From the human T2T-CHM13v2.0 reference genome, Homo sapiens, in the NCBI RefSeq assembly GCF_009914755.1, contig NC_060940.1: a DNA stretch of 64,000 nt; one strand, given 5' to 3'. How positions within the stretch are numbered: position 1 is the first letter of the stretch; each line of letters starts with the position of its first letter. A program made the translations under genes and the position numbers. Shown piece by piece: positions 1 to 14,240 of the stretch. The notes under the pieces are model-generated. The model worked only from the letters and a program-made list of their open reading frames with translations, did not search any database and was not told the DNA's origin.

Positions 1-22
1 AGTGTGTTAACAGCTGTTTCTA

Positions 23-88
23 GAATGTACACCTCTCCACCCCTAGATGTACCCCTCCACCTGAATGTACACCTCTCCACCCCTCGAT
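23..88. repeat. Short imperfect tandem duplication (~40-bp period)
   Basis: gaatgtacacctctccacccct occurs at 23 and 63. Confidence 0.85.
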
Positions 89-1636
89 ACTGCTGGGAAG
101 CTGGTGCTCCAAATCCTCAGTGAACTTGGTTGTGAAAGGACTCTTTATTCACACCCCACTGCCAGTAGCTACTGCCCTGCTCTCTGCATCTTTTTGGCAG
201 AAAGCTTAAGGTTCTAGCCAGTGTCTTCTGTGTTATCTGCAAACTAGAGAACCAGAGGGAAACATGGTCTTCAGACACCCTACTTGTGCCCAGAGTAGAA
301 GCAATTGCAGTGAGTGAGAGATGGGGGCAGGTCCTGTGGTTCTGCTCATCCTCTCTAAACTCCATTTGCGTTTTAGAAGTTAAACCCACAATGAGAAATG
401 AAGCCGGAAGGACTCATGATCTCACCAGGAAAGCCTTTTTTTTCCCCTGCAAAGGGAGAAAGCAGCGCGCTTCTCACAACACGGGGACCTTGGGAATTGC
501 TCACTGCCTCCTTGGAGACACACTGCTTTACGTGTGGACCGGGAAGTGAAGTGGGATGTGGGAAGGCTGGCTGTCTCCTGAGCTCAATTTCTGCCTGAAT
601 GTCACTCGGTGGGTGGGAAACTATAAGGAGTGCCGCAGCCTAAAGAATGCTTCCTTCTCCACAAACCAATACCCCAAGGCCCACCTGTCAGCCTTCCTGA
701 GTTTCCAGGGACCTCGTCACTGGCTCAGCTCACAGCTGCAGGCTGTAATAGGTTTCCAGAGACCACAGCCCTATGCTTTTGAAATCTTCCACAGCCCAAG
801 CTCCAGGCTGTCTGACCAACGGCCTCCAACAAATAAATAAATCATTCTCAGGCAGGTTAAAAAAATTATTTTCCCTGGGAAAACATCCTCTTTTCTCAAA
901 TCATGCTGGGCTTTGTTTGGGATTTTCCTTAAAAAAAAAAACAAAACACAAAAACACAACAAATGTAATATCTGCAACCTTATTCTCTGGTCTATTAATT
1001 AATAACATCAGAGAAGGGAGAGGAATACCCTGTGTGACTTCTCAGCTCCCCGAATTAGTTGTGGTGAGGAAGAAATGAAGCCATGGGAAAAAGGGAAGGG
1101 TCCCCAGAGTCAGCCAGCTCTGCCATTTCTCCACTTGTTCCAGGATAAAAACAAAAAAAGGCAGACATGTTAGTGGGTGCAGGAGGGGCCCCATCTTGAA
1201 GTCTGCAGGTTCACATTATGCACAGGGACTTGCCACTGCTGAGTCCCCAAAGCCACTGCAAATAACGCTGCGAACACAAAGCACTGGTGGCCCAGCAAGG
1301 AGGGTGAAAGGGAAGCTCCCAAAGTGGCTTCGGCAGCCCCAGGGAAACCCTGGCCAGAGGCAGAGGCCGGGGGCAGAAAGAGGATGTGGCACCCAGCGCG
1401 TGGCCACCATAGAGTCTGTAAAAGAGATCATAGGGGCTTTCTGAGAAAAGTACCCTGAGATCCCTGGAATCGCTGTTGAGAATGGCTATCTCCCGGACTC
1501 TGCTGCCTGGATCTGACGACCCTCCTCCTAAGATGGATCTCTCTCAAAGGAGCCTGTTTCCCTCTGTTAAGGTCGCATGAATGCCCATAATTAGATGGGC
1601 CATGGGAAGGCAACCACGGAGCAAGCAGGAATGGCC

Positions 1637-1695
1637 CAAACTCTCTGCAGCTAGCACATTCCCCACAAACTCTCTGCAGCTAGCACATTCCCCAC
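1637..1695. repeat. Perfect 29-bp tandem duplication in the 3'UTR
   Basis: caaactctctgcagctagcacattcccca at 1637 and 1666. Confidence 0.95.
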
Positions 1696-3706
1696 TCACC
1701 CTCCACGTTTTCTGCCTGTCACCTCCTTGTGCCTGTGACGGGGGGTGAGTAGGGGGAGGATGGGAGGCTCAGGAATTCCAATACTCTTGGAATCCGAGGG
1801 AGAGTGAGGCTGACACTCTGCATAAGGAAAAAAACAAGGCTCCAACGGTCCCCAAGGCACCCCACTCAAAGCCAGTGGAAGATGCGGGTTGGAGCTTTCT
1901 TTGCGTGGTGTTCGATGCCCCTGCTTTACTCTGAGGATGAGGAGGATGGGGGGTAGACGCAGAGAAAGAGAAACCGAGAGAGAGAGAGACACCAGGGGGT
2001 GGGAAAAGATGGGAAAAGGGGCCTTTTGTGAATAAAGGCAGCTTCAGTTAGTAAGGTAACATAATTGACAAGCTGCAAAAACAGCACCTACTAATTAGTC
2101 ATCGACTAAAACATGTAAATAATAAATATCTAAAGTGTCCCTTCTCTACGTCCTCCATTGCCAACAGGACACCCTGCCTTGCGAGGCTTGGGATGGGGCA
2201 ACACATCTGGCTAGGATTAGGACAAGTCACACAAAGCGAAGGGCAGCCCCTTCAAACCCACGCTGGAGAGAAGTGTCAGGACTGGCTCTCCATGGGAAGG
2301 GCAGATGGCTACCAGGGGTGAGACCTTTTTCCAAGGGAATCCCATCATTCAGGGGAGGTGGGATTACAGGAGCAAGGGAGGCCTCCTGCGAAGAGCTCTC
2401 CTGGTGAACAGGGATGACACTCCAGGGGGCTCGTGGCAAGGAAACCTTTTGGGTTTCTGGTAACTCAACACTTAAATCATACTGTTTTTTGTTGTTTAAA
2501 TAACCTTCCCATTTTTATGTTGCATGTCCCGTTGAGCCTGTGGCCGAAGGGCATGAAATTAAAAACCAAATCTGAAATGCTATTTCCTGGACGGGAAAAG
2601 TCTGGTTCATGTGGTTTGGTCACTCCCAACAGCACCGGTGTGCAATTGACGAAGGTTTTGTGTGTCTGACCTCAGAACGGAAGGGCTCTGGCAGGGGATG
2701 GGTGCTGCTGTGCTGTCTAGCTCAGGAGTTTTGCTCCAAGCATTGCTTTGTGAGTTTCATCGCGTTGCCTTGTGAGTTTCATGGTCATGGCTGTCAAAGT
2801 TCCCATTTTCAAGGATCAAAGAAGGTCATGGTCTTGAGTCTGGTGCTCACAAACATCATCCTATTTCTGCTACTTTGTGTGGCAGCCTTGAGGGAAGGAG
2901 GCCCAGACCCCTGGACAGGTGGCAGTTGCACTTGTGGCTGGACCTTGGCCATGCCACATCAAAAGGCTTTCCCACTTACCTAGTTACTAAGGAGAATAGT
3001 TCAACCCAAGGAGGGCTGCTGAGAGGCTCAGAGCTCTCCTAAGGCTGCAGCCTCCATGGGAAAGGGCCCACGACCATGACTTTCAAGGCTGGCACCAGAG
3101 TCCCCCAGCCAAGAGAAGCAGAAAAATGAACCAAAGGGCAGGGCTGGAGTTTGAACCCATGGTTGGTCTGGGCAGTGCTTGTCAAACTGGCATTTGCAGA
3201 GCCCTTGGGTTCTGAAGAGGTACCGTAGGAGATACCCTGGGCAAGGGGACCGCCCAGAGGGCTGAGCTTTGGGAGGGAACCTCGCACTTGTCAGCTTCAA
3301 CCAGAGCAGCTTGGATTTCGTCAGCACCCTGAACCTCCACTTATGACTGTGCTCCGTAAACGAAGTTCTGCTGCTCGAAAGAAAAGTCTGAAAATCACAC
3401 GTCTGGGGTCAGGGGTGGGTCACTGGAAGGGGAAGACAAGGAACCTGTAGGACTTGAGGATCAACCAGAAGAGGTGAGACAGTCACAGTGCAGGGACTGA
3501 GCCATCCCACCCGCAGCTTGCCAAAGGCAGGTTGTTGGCTGATCCTGCTTTGACCTGCTGACCTTCCCTTTCCATCATTCTATGGCCAGGAGAGACCCAT
3601 TCACAGAGGGCCTCCCCCAGGGTGGGAGGCCGGGGTTCAGGCCCCACAACCCCTCTGGCTGCTTTCCCGTTGAGATCCTGCTGTGGCCCACTCCTCGTGC
3701 CCAGTG

Positions 3707-4051
<345 letters not shown>

Positions 4052-4578
4052 TCAGGATCAGAAGAGCCACCAATAGGATGCCTATTCATACTTACCCTGT
4101 GCCTGGTGCTGCACTGGGTGCCATGCATCGCCTCATTTAATTCACATGACAATCTCATGAGGAAGTTCTTTTAGCAGTCCCATTTCACAGCTGAGAAAAC
4201 TGAGCCCGTAAGGACAGAGCCCACTTTGTACAGGGCACGGTGCATGCCTTTATTCATTCAACACATGTTTATAGCGCATCTTTGATAGTGCAGACACTGA
4301 TTCAGCCAATATATATTTTTAAGCACCTACATTGTGCCAGGCATTCAGTCAACACATATTTACTAAACACCCATGATCTGCAAGGCACTGTCTCATTTGA
4401 TAAAGACATATTAAGTACCTATTAGGTACCAGGATCTATTCTAGGTGGTGGAGCAAACCAGATAGGAAGGTTAAGATCCAGTGGAGGGAGAACAACAACA
4501 AAGAAATAAGTAGATAAATAAGGTTATTTCAGGCAGTGATAAGTGTCATGAAGGCAAAAAAACAGGGTATTGAGACAA

Positions 4579-4790
4579 GAGGGTTGGCAAACTGCAGTCC
4601 TTGGGCCAAATGTGGCCCACCACTTGTGTTTGTAAATAAAGTTTTATTGGAACATGGCTGTGCCCATTTATTTGCATATTGTCTGTGGCTGCTTTTGTGC
4701 TACCAGAGCTGAGTATTTGAGACAGACTGTATTTTACCCAACAAGCTGAAAATATATCTAGCCCTTTACAGAAAAATTTTGCTGACTCCT
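4579..4790 (+). mobile_element. MER58A-like hAT-Charlie MITE
   Basis: agggttggcaaact...gtaaataaagttttattggaac...tttgctgactcctg matches recalled consensus. Confidence 0.8.
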
Positions 4791-5285
4791 GGGTTGGAGA
4801 GTGACAGTGACCTGTACCCAGGTCTGTTTGGGAAGTCCAGATCTCAGCTGCCGAGCGTCCACCTTGTACTCTGCGTAAGTTGGATTTCTGCTTCCTAGAA
4901 GCCTAAGGGTGCATGAACTGACCACAGAACAATCACTCTGAAAGCATGAAGCTTGGACCCGGGTGAGGTGGGGTGGGAGGTCAAACTAGCTCTCATAACA
5001 GTGCTGCCTTGCTGGGCCCCTCCTATGTGCCAGTCACTTTGTGAAGCACTTCATACAAGAGCCCAGGTACTGCAGTCATGCTGTCTGGTTTTGCAGCCCC
5101 ACGTCCAACATACCAGGTGTGTGACTTCTGACCTCCATGCCTTGTACCTCAGTTTCTTCATCAATAAAATGGGTAAAGTACTAATGCCTTCCTTCTCACT
5201 TTGTGAGGCTTAAGTGTGCTGACTCATATAAAGTATTTACAAATGACACCTGGCATATACTAAGTGCTGGGAAAAGCTTAGCTAG

Positions 5286-5645
5286 TGATATGGTTTGGCC
5301 GTGTCCCCACCCAAATCTCACCTTGAATTGTAGCTCCCAGAATCCCCACGTGTTGTGGGAGGGACCTGGTGGGAAGTAATTGAATCATGATGAGTTTTTG
5401 CCATGTTGTTCTTGTGATAGTGAATAAGTAAGTCTCATGAGATCTGATGGTTTTTTAAAGGGGAGTGTCCTTGCACAGGCGCTCTGGCCTGCCACCGTGT
5501 AAGATGTGCCTTTGCTTCTCCTTTGCCTTCCATCATGATGGTGAGGCCTCCCTGACCATTGAAACTGTGAGTCCATTAAACTTCTTACTTTTATAAATTA
5601 CCCAGCCTCAGGTCATTATTAGCAGCATGAGAACAGACAAATACA
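5286..5645 (+). mobile_element. THE1 (MaLR) solo LTR with 5-bp TSD
   Basis: Starts tgatatggtttggc..gtgtccccacccaaatctca, ends ..gaacagacaaataca. TSD GCTAG at 5281-5285 and 5646-5650. Confidence 0.93.
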
Positions 5646-5828
5646 GCTAGGATTATTACTGTTGGTATTAGTCCATAATCCTCACACACCTAAAAAACTA
5701 GGGGGCTGGTTTTATCATTCCTACTTTACAGATGGGGAAAGAGAGGCAGCTGGAGTTAGAGACAGATCTGGGGTTAAATCCAGGACCGACTGACTCCAAA
5801 GGCAGTGCTTATCACTCACCCTGATACT

Positions 5829-6216
5829 CTACTGCTCAAGGCCATCACCAAGGTCTGATTTTTCACTCATGCAAAAATTCAAACAATTGGGCCAGGCACG
5901 ATGGCTTACACCTGTAATCCTAGCGCTTTGTGAGGCTGAGGCAGGTGGATCACCTGAGGTCAGGAGTTCGAGACCAGCCTGGCCAACATGGTGAAACCCC
6001 GTCTCTACTAAAAATACAAAAATAAGCCGGGCGTGATGGCTGATGCCTGTAATCCCAGGTACTCGGGAGGGTGAGGCAGGAGAATCGTTTGAACCTGGGA
6101 GGCGGAGGTTTCATTGAGCCGAGATCACACCATTGCACTCCAGCCTGGTCGATAGAGTGAGACTTCATCTCAAAAAAAAATTTAAAAAATTGCAACCTCA
6201 GGCATAAATGGGTTAA
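5829..6216 (+). mobile_element. MER85 (piggyBac/PGBD3-related MITE), right half, interrupted by an Alu
   Basis: ctactgctcaaggccatcaccaaggtctgat...gcaaaaattc [Alu] aaaaaattgcaacctcaggcataaatggg, then TTAA at 6213-6216. Confidence 0.85.
5890..6175 (+). mobile_element. AluS
   Basis: Full dimer. TSD aaaaatt(c/t)aaa(c/a)aattg at 5873-5889 and 6176-6192. Confidence 0.95.
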
Positions 6217-7680
6217 ACAGTAACATGTACGTAAGAGTGACTACTACTACTACCTCCCAGGGCTGCACGATGAGGAATCAGGAAGTATAGCAATTTGGGG
6301 TGAAGGAAAGAAGCTAAACACTTCTATTATTTCTAATAGATGCTATTTCTAATATTTTGAAGACGTTCACATTCATTGCTTGTTTTATTGCTCAGTAGAA
6401 GCACATATATATTTTTAAAAAGGCTGGCCAATGAGTCTGGTGAGTTGCGCTTTACCAAATCAGGCTTTGCGAGAGCTGAGATAGCTAGGATTACAAGAAA
6501 CCTTCCAAGATAATGCAGTGTTCAGAAGACAGTGCTTCCTGTTTGCCTGACAGCAGCTGCCACCACCAAAGGCACCCAGGACAGCCTGGATATTAACAAG
6601 TGTCCAGAGCAGGCAAGAAGAAGGAAGAAAGACCATATGCTAACCCTTCTAAAAGCAGTGAGAATAGTAGATGAATTCAAAATTTGCCTTGACTAACAGA
6701 GACAAGATCGCCACTCCTTCAATTCCCAATGCCCCAGGAAGCAAAAGGGTTGGGTTCTGTGGTTTGGATGGGCACAAGTGGGAGGAAGGAGGTGAGCAGT
6801 CATTGAGCACATACTCTGTCTCGCAAGGGGTTTAGCAAAGCTGCTTTCTCCCACGGTAGTTAGGAGCCACAGTGTTTGGAAGTCTGGTCCTAACCCATCT
6901 TTCTCTAATACAGGGTAGGGTGGGCAGCTTCAGCCCCACCTGCCAGGAGAACAGACCCTGCTGTCTTTGGTGCGGGCCCTAATTTCTCTATCAGAGCCCC
7001 TTAGTGCCTCTATTCTGCAGAGTGAGAAAGTGGAGAATGAGGAGATACCGAAACTGACAAAAGGCAGGACATTCAAAGGGAAAAGAGCAGCTAACAAACA
7101 TGCGAACGCTGGGAGCCAAATATTGTGGTTGATGCAAAAAAACCCTTATGAGAAATGAGGTTAATGTGGGAAACGCTATTACAATATTAGCTTGCGATGC
7201 TCGTCTCTATAATTAAATTTTCCTCAATTCCACCTCATCGGATTTCTTGCGATTACCAGGGACGCATCAATAGAAAATTACTCTTGATGAATCATTTTAC
7301 AAATTGCATTGCTCCCACCTTTGTGTTCACTGTCATTCATTGGAACATCGCTAACAAATACAATTACCAAGGACAGGAGGGCTGCTCTCGGTGGGGGTAA
7401 AATGACTCCTGGGTCATCCTGGGCATGTGTAGGGAGAGCCCTGCCTTCCTTAGAAACCCTAGAAGAAAACACTGGAAAAATCAGGACCCCATGAATGGCC
7501 CCCAGGCTACTCCACTGGCGTGGGGGTGTGTTCAGGAGCACTGCTTCATTCTGACCAACAGGTGTACCTGAAGCAGCGAAGACACAGCCATTTACTCCCC
7601 TCTCCTCCATGTCTGGCATTAGACATCGTTAGAGATGGTAAAGATGTGAACTTGATCAAGAAGGAACCTAAGACCTCTAA

Positions 7681-8450
<770 letters not shown>

Positions 8451-8874
8451 CATGATAGTGGTTTTTGTCCACGGTTCTTGGCTCAGAACTCCTGTAACCC
8501 TTCTTACAGTCTTTTCTTACAATGTTGGGCACTTTAGGACTCAGCAAATAGAATCTCTCTCTCGCTCTGGCCTCCTCCTGTCCCCCTTCTGCTGCCTAAT
8601 CAAATTGTGGGTGATAGGACTCTCATTCCAGAGAGGGCCCTGACACACTCCCTGGAGGAAGGAATTACTGCACAGAGAGGCCAAGGAGAATCTGAACAGA
8701 CAGGGCTTGCTGAGTTAGGTCAGACCCTTTTTGTCCAATCACATTTTGACACAGTTGTCATGCTTCAGTCATGGGTAACCAATGAAGTCTTCATAAAAGG
8801 CCCAAAGGACAGGGTTCAAGGAGCTTCTGGAGAGCTGAATACATGGTAGCATCTTCACAGGAAGGTGAGGAAGA

Positions 8875-9116
8875 ACTCATCCACCTGCCGGGACGGTGGG
8901 CACCCCAATGCCATGGGGACAGACTCATCCACCTGCCAGGAGGGTGGTGCACCCCAATGCCATGGGGACAGATTCATCCACCTGCTAGGAGGGTGGGCAT
9001 CCCTATGCCATGGGGACAGACTCATCCACCTGCCGGGAGGGTGGTGCACCCCAATGCCATGGGGACAGATTCATCCACCTGTTGGGAGGGTGGGCACCCC
9101 AATGCCATGGGGACAG
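8875..9116. repeat. Minisatellite, 5 units of 48/49/48/49/48 bp
   Basis: Units start at 8875, 8923, 8972, 9020 and 9069. Unit a(c/t)tcatccacctg..ggagggtgg(t)gcaccccaatgccatggggacag. Confidence 0.95.
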
Positions 9117-9743
9117 AAGCTCCTGCACTCAGGACTCCTCTGGACCTTGCCCTCTGTATAGCTTCATTTGGCTGTTTATCTGCATCCTTTAAAATATCTT
9201 TCATAACAAACCAATAGACATAAGTGTTTCCCTGAGTTCTGTGAGCTGCTCTAGCAGAGTAATTGAGCCCAAAGAGGGGGTTGTGGGAACCCCAGTTTGA
9301 AACCATTTGGTCAGAAGTTCCAAAGGCCCAGACTTGTGATTAGCGGGCAGAAGGGGGTGGTCTTATGGCACTGAGCCCTCACTCTGTGGTGTCTGATGCT
9401 ACCTCTGGGGTGGAGAGTGTTGGAACTGAATTGGGGGACACCCAGCTGGTGTCTGCTGCAGAACTGATTGCTTGCTTGCTGACGGGGAAAATTTCCCCAT
9501 GTATTTTGCTGTCACAGAAATCTTCTGTGTTGATCATGGCAGTGTGAGAGCAGAGGAAAAGTGGTTTGAGAGTTTTTCCCAAACAACTCCCTTTGCTAGG
9601 ACTCAAGGCACCTCCTCCCCATGCTGTGTCCCCATCCCCTTGCATCATTGGCTAAAAGGCACCCAATCCAGAACTCTTCAAAGCTAAGAGGCTGTAATGC
9701 ATTTCTGGCTTTTGAGTTTGTGATCTGTTAGAGATGGACATGA

Positions 9744-10138
<395 letters not shown>

Positions 10139-10179
10139 TGGGCACATACAATTTTATGTTTAAGACTCTTCCTTGTTGG

Positions 10180-10831
<652 letters not shown>

Positions 10832-11299
10832 CTTTTCCTTGCAGTATTATCAGTAACATCATCATCATCAGCAGCAACAACAGAAACTTATGTGTCCACC
10901 AATAGGGGAACAGATAGATTGTGGTTCCTTAACCCAGTGGAATATCATGTAGCTGGTAGCTTTATATATACTGACTTAGAAAGTAAAAAAAAAAAAAAAA
11001 AGCAATCTTACAGTACACAATGTATTATTTCATTTTTAAAAAATAGCAAAGGTTTTGTGATTTATGGTGTGTATTATGTTTATGCTTTAAAAGTATGGAA
11101 AAACTTCTAAAAGGATTCACACCAGACTGTTGGCAGTGGTTTCTCTAGAGGTAGGATTTGAGCAGGGAGAAAGACTTTCCCCTTAATAAAAGGAGGTGAA
11201 AAGGGGCGGGGGAAATAGAAGTATAAAAGTAAACCCTTTCAATGGACAAAGAAAAAAGTCAGGCAGGATAGGAACTGACATCCCAGTCCCTGTTCTCCA

Positions 11300-12320
11300 T
11301 GGGGATGGAAACCCTGACCTGAATTTCATGTTAATTTCATGTTTCATTTCCTAACAGCTGCCTTTGACATACGACTCCTGAAATAAGATATTGTTGACTT
11401 TGCCTGTTTTTGAACTTGACATAAATACATCATAATTATGATTTATCTGTGATATTTCCCCCTCAACACTATGTTTTAGGGACTCATCCAAGCCAACACA
11501 TGCCCATGCTTTACTGCTATTCACGGCTGCATAGTACTCCATTGTATGAACAGCCAGCCAATTGTTTCTCCTTTCCAGTGTCAGGCAATCAGACCGTTTC
11601 TGGTTTTGTGCTATTAAGAATAATTCTCATGTGAGCATTTCTGCACATGTCTCTAGGGCCTATACCTTGGGGTCAGACGTCTGTGGTAGGGTGTGTGTAT
11701 GTTCAGCTTTACTAGGAGATACTAAAACATTTTCTAAACTCGTCTTAGCACTTCACCCTCCCACTAGCACTGCATGAATGCCTATTGCTCTCAGCCTTAG
11801 TAACACAGGTTCTTATCTGTCACGCATTTCCCAATATGATGGGTGTGAAGTGGAACCTCTCTTTGCTTTCAATTTTCATTTCTCCCATTTTTAATGAGGC
11901 TGAACATGTTTTTGCGTGTGTGAGGGGCCATTCATGTTCTCTCCTCCATTTTTTTCCTCTCTTTTATAGCAGGGTTGGTGGTCTTTTTTTTTGTAAAGAA
12001 CCAGATAGTATCTTTGGCTTTGTGGGCCATGCAGTCTCTGTCACAACTATTCAGTTCTGCCACTGTAGCTCTAAAGCAGAAGCAGGCAACATGTACATGA
12101 ATGAGCATGGTGACTGTGTTTCAATAAAACTTTATTTACAAAAACAGGTAGTGGGCTGGATTGGCCAACTTCTGATGAATAGCATTTCTTTATAAATTCT
12201 GAACATGAGTACTTTAAAAAAATGTAGCAAATATCTTCTACTATTATGTGGTTCATCTTTTCCACCTAGTGTATCATATTTTTGATGAACAGAATTTCCT
12301 GTTTTGATTTTTTTAAAATA
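11300..12320 (-). mobile_element. Old L1M 3' fragments interrupted by a MER58A-like element (~11970-12165)
   Basis: Degenerate L1 3' ORF2/UTR motifs. MER58 motif caataaaactttatttacaaaaacagg. Confidence 0.6.
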
Positions 12321-12553
12321 GTAAACAAGATTTGCTGATCCTTAATACCTGCCTGGGTTTATTTCCCATCTTGTCTTCAGTATGATCTAGGCCTTCTGGA
12401 AGTTGAATGGGGGAGCGTCTAACAAATAGCTACCTAATACCTAGACAGATGACATCATCTCCGTGTGCAGGTAGGACATTAGATGGTTTCTCTAGGGAAA
12501 CACAGAGAAAAGTATTGAGAGCAAGGAGTGCTGTTCTGTGAGGCCGCTGCTTA

Positions 12554-13030
<477 letters not shown>

Positions 13031-13267
13031 CTAGGTCTCAGAAAGGTCTAGGATCCCCTTTGTTAGCTTTCATATACCCATTTTACAGATGAAGAAACTG
13101 AGGCTCCAACTAAGTCACCTGCTCAAGGTTGCACAGCTTGTAAGCAGAAGATCTGGCATCTGGACTCAGTCTGAAGGATCAAAAGGCCTGTGGTCCTTTT
13201 ATTAAACCACCGGGCCTCCTGTGCCTGGTGTATGGCATGTGCTTTGAAAAGAAAACCACACATGAGC

Positions 13268-13321
13268 TGAATGAGTGAATGAATGAACGAATGAATGAAC
13301 GAATGAATGAATGAATGAATG
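13268..13321. repeat. (GAAT)n simple repeat (L2-tail type)
   Basis: tgaatgagtgaatgaatgaacgaatgaatgaacgaatgaatgaatgaatgaatg. Confidence 0.85.
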
Positions 13322-13869
13322 CATGTCTTGCTTGCAGGCCATTCCACAGAAACATACACCCTGCCACTCAACAGGTACAGCGGGTTTCCAATTCCATCCT
13401 TGGTTTTCTAAATCACACACCTCCACTTGGTGCAATGGTTCTGAACAAGAATAGAGATCATGTTTTTACAGCTGCTCTATCATAAGCTAGAGACCCTCAG
13501 CATTGCCTGTCATCTACAGGGGTTCAAATAGGTTTCCTAGGAAGAGACAGCTTTGGCTTTCCCAAGGCACCTAGATCTGGACCGTAAGCATGAGAGTCAT
13601 CCTGCGATCCTTCCTTCCTGCCAGCCAGCTGGGGGTGTGTGCAGCTGTGACGCACAGCAATCCTCTCTGGTGGGCTTCCCTCCTTCCACTTGTGCCACCT
13701 GCAATTTCTTCTATATCCTGTAGTCAGAAAGGCCTTGTAAAATGTCCTCTTACTGCTGCCCCCAGGCTTCTTAGTGCACTCAGAGTCTGAGCTCACCCCA
13801 TCCTCCATCTCCATGACCCCCTCCCCATCTTTCTCCAGGATGCCTTGTTTTAGCCACCTCAATCAAGGC

Positions 13870-14240
13870 AGGCTCATTCCCAGCTCAGCTTTCCTGCACC
13901 ATCTGCCCTGTGTGGAATACTCCTTTCTTGCACAGCCAGCCCCTTATGTCTAAAGCTGCCTCACAGAGTCTTTACCTGACCACCCCCCACCCCAAATTTC
14001 AAATGGACCTTCAGTCAATCTGTGTCATTCTCTACTGCTTTATTTTCTTCCTATCAGTGGTGATAAGCACTATCTCAGAGTTGTCTGTTGATGTATTTAT
14101 TCTGTATCTCCTCCAGCTGTAATATAAGCTCTGTGTGAACAGGGGTTTTACCTGGCTGGTTCCCTGCTCTTTCTTGGTGCCTACTACCATGCTTAGTACA
14201 CAGCAGGTGCTCGAGTAATGTTGTTGAATGAATGGGTGAA
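13870..14240 (+). mobile_element. L2 3' end
   Basis: ..cacagcaggtgctcgagtaatgttgttgaatgaatg terminus. Confidence 0.7.

Larger units (their letters stand above)
1..3706 (-). other. XYLT1: XYLT1 3' UTR (long terminal exon; end probably outside the window)
   Basis: Directly follows TAG at 3709-3707. No Alu/L1, unlike the introns. The only minus-strand AATAAA I noticed is at 149-144. A multi-kb UTR is recalled for XYLT1. Confidence 0.8.

Noticed and set aside
144-149. AATAAA on the minus strand as the gene's terminal poly(A) signal
   Set aside because: No clear downstream U/GU-rich element, and the UTR is recalled to extend further. At most an alternative site.
762-2645. Isolated 7-mer seed matches (miR-140-3p at 762-768, miR-124 at 1854-1860, miR-19 at 2639-2645)
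   Set aside because: Single 7-mers are expected by chance in 3.7 kb, and I saw no supplementary pairing.
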